Virus record (IMG/VR): IMGVR_UViG_3300030376_005787
Location: 1-45,462 of that record
Strand: one strand, 5' to 3'
DNA: 45,462 nucleotides
Source: a virus
Taxonomy: Duplodnaviria; Caudoviricetes
The translations under genes were made by a program, and so were the position numbers. Below, piece after piece: positions 38,347 through 45,462 of the stretch. The notes under the pieces were generated by a model, which worked only from the letters and a program-made list of their open reading frames with translations, searched no databases and was not told the DNA's origin. Every line of letters starts with the position of its first letter. Position 1 is the stretch's first letter.

Positions 38347-39030
38347 ATGGCTTACACGCCTGGAATAAACAGTTTATTAGAAAGATTATTACCAAAAGGT
38401 TGGCAGTCTCAAGTAGCGAGTACATTTGGGCCTAAAAGATTTAATAAATTAAGCCAAAGTGAATGGACTCCAGGAAAAACAACTGGTACAGATGAATATA
38501 CGGATTATTTAAATTTTTTAGAACAGGGATTGATGCCTACACAGAAAGCTTACGATTATTTTACTGTTGGTGAAGATATACCAGATGAAGTTTTTGATAA
38601 ACAAGGTGCAAATTTTTCAGATTATTGGGTTGACCCATCACAAATGGACCCTGTAAATGTTTTTGACCCTAATTCATTAATGGCTGGTTTTCAAAGAGCT
38701 GGCTTGCACGATGCTAACAAGAACATGTTTACTCCTTTTCAAGCTGGTGATTTAAGAGCATTAGACCCGTCATCTTATACAGCTCAAATGGAAAAAGATA
38801 GAAGCAATCTATCAACATCACTTCAAAATAAATTAGCTGCATCAGCAGGTCTAGGTGGTGGTTTTGCTGGATATGGTGGCAGAACAGAAGCACAAGATTT
38901 AGCAACACAACAATTTCAAAGTGGCGCAGAAGGATTATATGCAGATATTAATAAACAAAGAGCAGGCGCTGTTGGTAGCTTGTATTCTAAACTAGAAGAT
39001 TACGACAAGTTAATATCTCAAGCAACTTAA
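38347..39030 (+). CDS. Putative DNA ejection/internal virion protein
   Basis: GLGGGFAGYGGR followed by a helical tail; position. Confidence 0.55.
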   Translation: MAYTPGINSLLERLLPKGWQSQVASTFGPKRFNKLSQSEWTPGKTTGTDEYTDYLNFLEQGLMPTQKAYDYFTVGEDIPDEVFDKQGANFSDYWVDPSQMDPVNVFDPNSLMAGFQRAGLHDANKNMFTPFQAGDLRALDPSSYTAQMEKDRSNLSTSLQNKLAASAGLGGGFAGYGGRTEAQDLATQQFQSGAEGLYADINKQRAGAVGSLYSKLEDYDKLISQAT

Positions 39031-39047
39031 AATTAAGGAGAATATAG

Positions 39048-41774
39048 TTGGCAAGGTTAGTTCCCCCAGGTAGTGCAGTAAATATGGGTATCGAAGACCC
39101 TTTATCTAAATTAAATAAAACTTTAGATACTTTCTCAAGACTTCAATCTATTATAGGTAATCAACAAGCACTTACTCAAAAAAGAGATACAAGCGCTATG
39201 AATACTTTAGCTACGTTAAATGGGCTAATTGGTGGGGCTGATGATAAAGGTGATTTAACATACGCTCAAAATATTTATGATAATTTAGATATTAATGATA
39301 TGAGTAATCCTAATACAGAACTTGTACATGGGATGATAGGCAGGGAATTAAGTTCTAAAAGTGAAACTTTCGATAATATTCTTACTTCAGGTAATGAATT
39401 AGCTGATTTAATGACATCAGAATTTTCAGTGTATGATTCAGAAGGAAAAGGCCCTATGGCAGAAAAAAGACTTTCTGATATGAATGCTAATGAACTTATT
39501 AATTATTTTAATTCAGTAAAAGGTGATGAGGGTGCTTTAGGTGAAATAACTAAATTAAACGATAAAATTAATAAATTTTATATGCAAACTTCTACAGTGT
39601 TTGGAATGACAAAAGAAGGGCGATTCCAAAAAAGACCTAATTTTAAATTTACAGATGTTAATGGAACTGAAATAGACCCTAGTGAATATATGCTTCAATT
39701 GCAAAAATACCAAAACAGATTAAATATTTTTATAGAAGCTGGTTTTAACGATGGAATTTTAAATACAGAAGAAGCTGAGGCTATAGTAAACGGAGATATT
39801 GGAAGATTTTCAGCGCTTAAAGAAAGAAGGAATCAAGAATATAAAACTTTAGCCCAACAAGGTACAACTACGCTAAAAAATATTGATTCTAAAATTGTTA
39901 CATTATCTAAATCTAGTGATGATGGCATGATAGAACAAATGATAAATGATTTTAAAGCAGACCCAAAAATGCTCGACCAATTTTATGATGACGTGACTAA
40001 ACTAAATCCAGCAGACGGATTTGAAATAACCTCTGACACTGAACAAAATGCTTTAAATGCTGGGCAACGTGCAAGTAGAAATACAAAAGAAGAAAATTTA
40101 GCTTGGTATAATAAATATAGAGAACAACATGCAAATTTGTTTGATTTCCATAGAACTGGCGCACAATCTTGGGGTTTTGGATGGTTTGGTATGCCAGAAG
40201 AAGAATATAATTTATTTGGTGACAACAATCCCGAAACTGATAAAAATGAAATTGTAACTCCTATGTTAGATGAAAATAATAATCAAATTTCAGATTATAT
40301 TGAGCAACCTGAAGGAGCTGGAAAAGATAAAATTACAGTAACTAAATCTGATGGTAGTGAAGAAAAGATTGATTCAGGCGTAGTAATTAATGAAGCTTTA
40401 TCTGATGATGCATTAGGAATATCTACTAAACCGCCATCAAAGGACAAATCTTTTTGGTGGAAATATGAAGAACCTTTAGTATTAGGCGGTGGTGCTTCGG
40501 CAGCAGGTGTTTCTTATCTTTATGGAAATAAAATTGCAGACGTTGGAAGAAATTTAAAATCTGCATACAATTTACCATCAAATGCTATTCGTGATTATAT
40601 TTCTGGAAACCCAAACAACCCATTAGGTAATATAACAATGTCTAGCGAAGACATAGCTGTAATTGATACAAAAGTAAAAAAAATTGATAAAACAATAAAC
40701 AAAGTAGACTCTCAGATTAAGCATCATGAAAAAGAATTAAAAAATTATAATGCAGAAACTGAAAAAATTAAAAATAAAAATACTTTAGATAAAAACAAAA
40801 CAATAGAACAAGCAGAATTAGAAAATAAAAAAAGAGAATTAGGAAAGAAAAAGATAGAAAAAAAGATTGATAATACTAAAAAAAGAAAAGCTTCATTAGA
40901 AAAAAACAAAGTAAAAATAGAAACACAAAAAACAAATCAAGGTAGAATAGCTGAATCATATGCAAAAAAAAATAGATTAAATGTTAAGAATGTTAAAAAT
41001 TTAATTGAAAACGGTTCTGATTCAAGGACTAATGTATACAGAATGAAAGCAGCTATAGATGAAAGTCTGGAAAAAGGTTATAAAGCATTAAAAAAAGGAG
41101 TAACTACAACAGCCTCTTTTGGTGCAAGAAACTATTTAGGGTTTAGTTTGGGTGAAAAAGTTGCTGATTATCTTGGTTATGAAATTCTTGATTTACCAGT
41201 TGTAGGCGATATAGGTGCTGGTGTTTTAGGTATGGGAGGTCAATCAGTACTTAAAAAAATATATGATAGAGGAATAAGAAGTAGAGTAAATAACAGTATG
41301 CTAACAGTAATGATGCGTAACCAGCAAAACATAATTGCATCGAGGCTAAAAAAAGAGCTTAAAAAACAAGTATGGAAAAAAGGGTGGAAGATGGCAGCTA
41401 AAAGAGCGGCTCTTAGAGGAGGTATATACCTTACTACAGCAGGTACTACAGGTGGTGTTACTCCTGTCTCAGTAGCAGGATATATTCTTAATACTGGATT
41501 AATTCTTACAGATGTATATGCTATAGCTAAAGTATTGTTTCATGACGAGCTAATATCAGATGAAGAAAGGCAAGCAATAATAGATGAAGGTAAAAGGTTA
41601 GCAGCTTTAAGCCAAAAAGAATTTTTAGAAGAAATGTCAACTATAGAAGGTAGAAAAGGTAGATTAGCTATGCCTTCTGATAGTCCTGGAAATTTTAATA
41701 AGCCACCTTCAGATAATATTGATTTTAAAGAAAAATTAAAAGATATTGGTATACAAATAGACGAGTTTGAATAA
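39048..41774 (+). CDS. Large putative ejection/internal virion protein
   Basis: 908 aa; TTG start with AAGGAG SD; Lys-rich coiled coil and hydrophobic Gly-rich segments. Confidence 0.65.
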   Translation: MARLVPPGSAVNMGIEDPLSKLNKTLDTFSRLQSIIGNQQALTQKRDTSAMNTLATLNGLIGGADDKGDLTYAQNIYDNLDINDMSNPNTELVHGMIGRELSSKSETFDNILTSGNELADLMTSEFSVYDSEGKGPMAEKRLSDMNANELINYFNSVKGDEGALGEITKLNDKINKFYMQTSTVFGMTKEGRFQKRPNFKFTDVNGTEIDPSEYMLQLQKYQNRLNIFIEAGFNDGILNTEEAEAIVNGDIGRFSALKERRNQEYKTLAQQGTTTLKNIDSKIVTLSKSSDDGMIEQMINDFKADPKMLDQFYDDVTKLNPADGFEITSDTEQNALNAGQRASRNTKEENLAWYNKYREQHANLFDFHRTGAQSWGFGWFGMPEEEYNLFGDNNPETDKNEIVTPMLDENNNQISDYIEQPEGAGKDKITVTKSDGSEEKIDSGVVINEALSDDALGISTKPPSKDKSFWWKYEEPLVLGGGASAAGVSYLYGNKIADVGRNLKSAYNLPSNAIRDYISGNPNNPLGNITMSSEDIAVIDTKVKKIDKTINKVDSQIKHHEKELKNYNAETEKIKNKNTLDKNKTIEQAELENKKRELGKKKIEKKIDNTKKRKASLEKNKVKIETQKTNQGRIAESYAKKNRLNVKNVKNLIENGSDSRTNVYRMKAAIDESLEKGYKALKKGVTTTASFGARNYLGFSLGEKVADYLGYEILDLPVVGDIGAGVLGMGGQSVLKKIYDRGIRSRVNNSMLTVMMRNQQNIIASRLKKELKKQVWKKGWKMAAKRAALRGGIYLTTAGTTGGVTPVSVAGYILNTGLILTDVYAIAKVLFHDELISDEERQAIIDEGKRLAALSQKEFLEEMSTIEGRKGRLAMPSDSPGNFNKPPSDNIDFKEKLKDIGIQIDEFE

Positions 41775-41778
41775 TAAC

Positions 41779-44700
41779 ATGGCGTGGAATCAAGACGAGA
41801 TTTTAAATTGGTACAGAAGTAGGACTCCTGAAAGATATATTGATGTTCCAGATGAAGAGGTTTATGAAGAAGCAAATGATTATGCTTTTAAAAAATATGG
41901 TAGGAATTTAGCACCATACATACCAAAACAACCACCTCCTAATAGTGTAGGAAATATTCCTGTAAATACTGGTCAAGATGGCGACAGAGATGACCTTTCT
42001 AAAGTAGATGTATCCCCAAACAAATTAAAAGGATTATCAAAGCTTTCTGCTAGTATTGGTACAGATATAAGTGCCTCTGGGTTTATAGCAGAAATGTTAC
42101 CAAATGGTATTGACCTTCCTGGCGAAACTTTTGATGTATCCCCTGAATTTTTTCAAAAATCATATAATGAATCATTAGCTGGGCAGGCATACCAAGCTAT
42201 TCATGGTAGAGAAGCTTATGATATAGGCGATTATACAAATGATAACGATTTACAAGGGTGGTTAGCTGAATCTGGACAATTTTTGTTAGGTATGGTAAAT
42301 GCTCCAGAAGTACTTGCCTATGCAACAGGTGCTAAATTAGGTTTATGGGGAGCAATGAAAGGAACTTCTTTGTTAAACAGATACGGTATTCTTGGGTTAA
42401 CAAAAAGTGCAATTCAAAAAGGTTCAGTAGGTGGTGTACAAAACAGAGCGTTAGGCACTGCTTTAATTCATTCCAGTCTAGAAACTGGTGTAGCATTAGG
42501 AACTTTAGGCGCTACACACTCTGCAACACATTCTGCTGCTGTTCAAAAAATGGAAACAGGCAGAATTGATGCAAATAAAGTTTTATTAGATGGAGCTAAA
42601 GGATTTGGAGAAACTTTTCTTATAGGTGCGCCTGCTGGTATGGTATCAAAAGGTTTGCTTGGAAGTAAATATGCTATGGCTAAATTAGCTTCTGATAAAA
42701 AAGCATTGGATATAACAACAAAAGTTATGTATGGATTACCTACTCAAATTGGTACAGAAGCTCTTGCTTTCACTACTTTACCATCTTTATATAAACATTT
42801 AGGTGAAGCAACAGGAATACCAGTACCTGAATCTTTCAAACAAGCTCCTGGAATATTAGACGAAGGTTATACAAGAGCTTTATTCCAAAATACAGTTCTT
42901 ATAGGTACAATGGTTGGTTTTGGGCATGCTGCTAGAAAAATGAAAGGAATAGATGATACTCATATATGGGCGTTAAAATTATTAGAACAAGGCAAAAAAG
43001 ATTCTAAAAAAATTATTAATAGTACAGAAAGAGTAAAAGAAAGATTAGAAGAGGGTGGAATTAAAGTTGACCCAGAAATGTTAAAATTAATAGGCCAAGA
43101 AAGACAAAAGGCATCTCTTTCAGAAGCAGAATTAAACGATTTTAAAACTAATCAAAAAATTGTTAAAAAAATAATTGAAAAAATAGAATCACAAGGTTCT
43201 GAGTCTTTAACTCCTAAAGAAATAGAACAATTAGCGGATTTATCTGGGGCTGTAAAATTAGTAGAGTTAGGTACATGGGATGAATTATTTAAAAACCCTA
43301 CTAAACTTAGAAAAATTATAGAAGAACGAGCGGGTGGGAAAATAACAGATAAAGAATTTGAAATTTACCAAAAAGCATTAGAAGTAAAAATGAATGATAC
43401 TATAGCAACTTTTGGTAAAATGAATGAAATAATGACTGGTATTAATCCAAATCCACCAGTGCAACAAGCTGGTGCTAAAACACCAACAACAGGAACATCA
43501 ATAACTCCAGAAACTTTAGTTAAAAAAGGACTTCTTGATAATCTAGGAAATCAAAAAATTGACAAAAAAATAGTTTCTACAGTAGAAGAAAAACAAGAAT
43601 ATTTAAACCAAGGATATGAAGAACAAGTTCCTGGTCAGGTTTCTCCCCAGCCTGTTATAACTGAAGAAAGAATAAAACAGTTATCTAAAGAAGGAACGAT
43701 TGAAGGCGCATCTGAAATGGGGATAGGGTATAATAAAGCAAAAGAATTTATGAATGCAGAAAAAAGGATTGAAACATCTGCTGAAGAATTTTTTACATAT
43801 AAAGAAAAAGGAAAAGAAAAAAGAAGTTCTAACAAGAATTTAATAGATAAAAGAACAAACACAATGAAAGATGTTAAAAAAGATGACGCTGGAAATTATA
43901 GTGACATTACAGCTGTAATTGATTACGCTCTTCATTACAGTAAGGGAAAAACAACAAAGTTATACAGAGGTTATAGTTCACAAGTAGCAGATTATGTAAA
44001 TTGGCTACATAAAACTAAAAAGAAAACTATCCCAACATCAAATGCTGACGATGTTCATCAATACTTAGCTGAGGTGGTTTTGGCGAGGGGAACAAAATCA
44101 AAACTTTCTTCATCAGATATTAATCCTTTTGCAACATTTTATCAATATGTTGATTCAAAATTTCATCCAAATGGAGAAAGAGTTACAAATAATATAAGTT
44201 ATACTAGAGCTAATGAGTTACGGTTTGTTAGAGTAAGTGGACCAAAGGGAGGTATAGATACTAAAAAATTAAATACAATAGACGTAACTATTGATAAAGC
44301 TATAACAGAATTACAAAAAAAATTAGGTTCTGGGAAAGCTTTTGATGAAGCTATTGTTATATCAAAGTTAATTAAATATGGTTTAAGAGACCAAGAAGTA
44401 AATAGAATAACAACAGAACATATAATAAAACATCCTACAGAAGGGTGGTACATAGATTTAGGTTTACCACAAGGGACAGGCGTTAAGTTTATTTCAAAAA
44501 ATAATACTGCTGCTACAGTTATACCAATTCCAGAAAAACTTGCAAAAGCAATATTAGAATTAGGTAAAAATTTAAAAAAAGGTGAATTAATTTTTGATGC
44601 AGATGTGAAAATTGGTAATACAAAGCGAATGAAAGCTATAGCTCAATTGATATATGGAAAAGATTACGATTGGAGTTTAGGGAGTAGACATATGTTAGAT

Positions 44701-45462
44701 ACTAAAGCGTTACAATTAGGTTTAAATGAAGCGCATATGAATATTTACCTTAGACATGGTAAAACTGCTTTAGATAAAATTTATAAAAATGAAAGTGTAT
44801 TAGATGTATTAATAAGACACAAAGAATTACAAAAAAAATTAGGTATTTCTGGCGAGGGGAAATATCAACTTGAAGGCGTTGGACAGCCTATGTCTGCTAA
44901 AGAACTGGCTCCATGGCTTGATGCCCAAATTAAAAAGAATCCTGGACTTGCATTAAAAAAATTAAAAGACGCTGACTTTGTAGGTAGATTTTATGAAGGT
45001 GTTATTGATGTTACTATGGGCAAAGCCAACAAGTTTACATTCTTCCATGAAAATGCACATAGATTAAAAGCAATGATAGATGCCAGTGGAAACAAAAGAT
45101 TAAGTAAAGTATGGGGTCAAGCAGAAAAATTATTTAAAAAAGAAGCCAAAGGTAGAAACATGGAAGAGTTTCTTGCTGATGAAATAGCTAGATATGGGCT
45201 TAAACGTGAGCAACCAGCTACATTAAAACAAAAGATGGGTGGATGGTTAAATAGAGTCTGGTCTACCGTAAAATCGGTGTTTTTTGGCAAAGAAAGATTA
45301 ACTAAAAATGATGTAAAAAATATACTTGGAGAAAAAGTATTTAAAGGTTTTGAGTTTAATGTTAATTCAAAAGCTAATAGTATAGCAAGATACAAGTATG
45401 CAACTACAGAAGAGTTTTCTAAAGGATTAAAAAAACAATTTAAAGATTCTTTAACAGATAAG
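41779..45462 (+). CDS. N-terminal half of the giant polyvalent virion protein, containing tyrosine recombinase and zincin metallopeptidase domains; continues across the junction to 3179
   Basis: Manual translation from ATG 41779 (MAWNQDEILNWY...) has no stop before the window end. YGLR at 44377-44388, SRH at 44683-44691, LRH-x8-Y at 44749-44784, HENAH at 45046-45060, EEFLA at 45163. Confidence 0.85.
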   Translation, partial: MAWNQDEILNWYRSRTPERYIDVPDEEVYEEANDYAFKKYGRNLAPYIPKQPPPNSVGNIPVNTGQDGDRDDLSKVDVSPNKLKGLSKLSASIGTDISASGFIAEMLPNGIDLPGETFDVSPEFFQKSYNESLAGQAYQAIHGREAYDIGDYTNDNDLQGWLAESGQFLLGMVNAPEVLAYATGAKLGLWGAMKGTSLLNRYGILGLTKSAIQKGSVGGVQNRALGTALIHSSLETGVALGTLGATHSATHSAAVQKMETGRIDANKVLLDGAKGFGETFLIGAPAGMVSKGLLGSKYAMAKLASDKKALDITTKVMYGLPTQIGTEALAFTTLPSLYKHLGEATGIPVPESFKQAPGILDEGYTRALFQNTVLIGTMVGFGHAARKMKGIDDTHIWALKLLEQGKKDSKKIINSTERVKERLEEGGIKVDPEMLKLIGQERQKASLSEAELNDFKTNQKIVKKIIEKIESQGSESLTPKEIEQLADLSGAVKLVELGTWDELFKNPTKLRKIIEERAGGKITDKEFEIYQKALEVKMNDTIATFGKMNEIMTGINPNPPVQQAGAKTPTTGTSITPETLVKKGLLDNLGNQKIDKKIVSTVEEKQEYLNQGYEEQVPGQVSPQPVITEERIKQLSKEGTIEGASEMGIGYNKAKEFMNAEKRIETSAEEFFTYKEKGKEKRSSNKNLIDKRTNTMKDVKKDDAGNYSDITAVIDYALHYSKGKTTKLYRGYSSQVADYVNWLHKTKKKTIPTSNADDVHQYLAEVVLARGTKSKLSSSDINPFATFYQYVDSKFHPNGERVTNNISYTRANELRFVRVSGPKGGIDTKKLNTIDVTIDKAITELQKKLGSGKAFDEAIVISKLIKYGLRDQEVNRITTEHIIKHPTEGWYIDLGLPQGTGVKFISKNNTAATVIPIPEKLAKAILELGKNLKKGELIFDADVKIGNTKRMKAIAQLIYGKDYDWSLGSRHMLDTKALQLGLNEAHMNIYLRHGKTALDKIYKNESVLDVLIRHKELQKKLGISGEGKYQLEGVGQPMSAKELAPWLDAQIKKNPGLALKKLKDADFVGRFYEGVIDVTMGKANKFTFFHENAHRLKAMIDASGNKRLSKVWGQAEKLFKKEAKGRNMEEFLADEIARYGLKREQPATLKQKMGGWLNRVWSTVKSVFFGKERLTKNDVKNILGEKVFKGFEFNVNSKANSIARYKYATTEEFSKGLKKQFKDSLTDK
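45386..45462. repeat. Terminal direct repeat, copy 2 (probable circular-assembly overlap)
   Basis: Identical to 1-77. Confidence 0.95.

Noticed and set aside
42345-45395. Short ORFs listed at 42345, 43635, 44199 and 45117
   Set aside because: They are off-frame or antisense shadows of the giant ORF. The same applies to the other antisense ORFs within terL, portal, tail and early genes.

Overview
This looks like a complete, circularly assembled AT-rich dsDNA tailed phage genome. Bases 1-77 repeat exactly at 45386-45462, leaving 45,385 bp of unique sequence. The gene content is podovirus-like and probably from an aquatic metagenome (inference). The minus-strand arm (3165-14633) carries many tiny early genes, then a ribbon-helix-helix regulator, Cas4-like nuclease, Sak-type annealing protein, putative SSB, HNH nuclease, DnaB, RuvC-like resolvase and a PD-(D/E)xK protein. 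I recognise no DNA polymerase, primase, stand-alone integrase or CI-type repressor. The plus-strand arm carries TerS, an M15 endolysin, a cassette of toxin-like genes, TerL, portal, scaffold, major capsid, LamG lectin, adaptor, nozzle and fibre genes, and four ejection-type proteins. The main result is that the last gene crosses the assembly junction, so the ORF track missed its 5' half. Manual translation gives one open frame, 41779-45385 plus 1-3179 (about 2261 aa). This putative ejection protein contains a complete XerC/D-like tyrosine recombinase module (core-binding domain plus R-K-x-R-H-Y with XerC-like spacing) followed directly by a HExxH zincin metallopeptidase. It may therefore be a virion-delivered recombinase/protease. 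All family calls come from motifs read by eye; no database searches were run.
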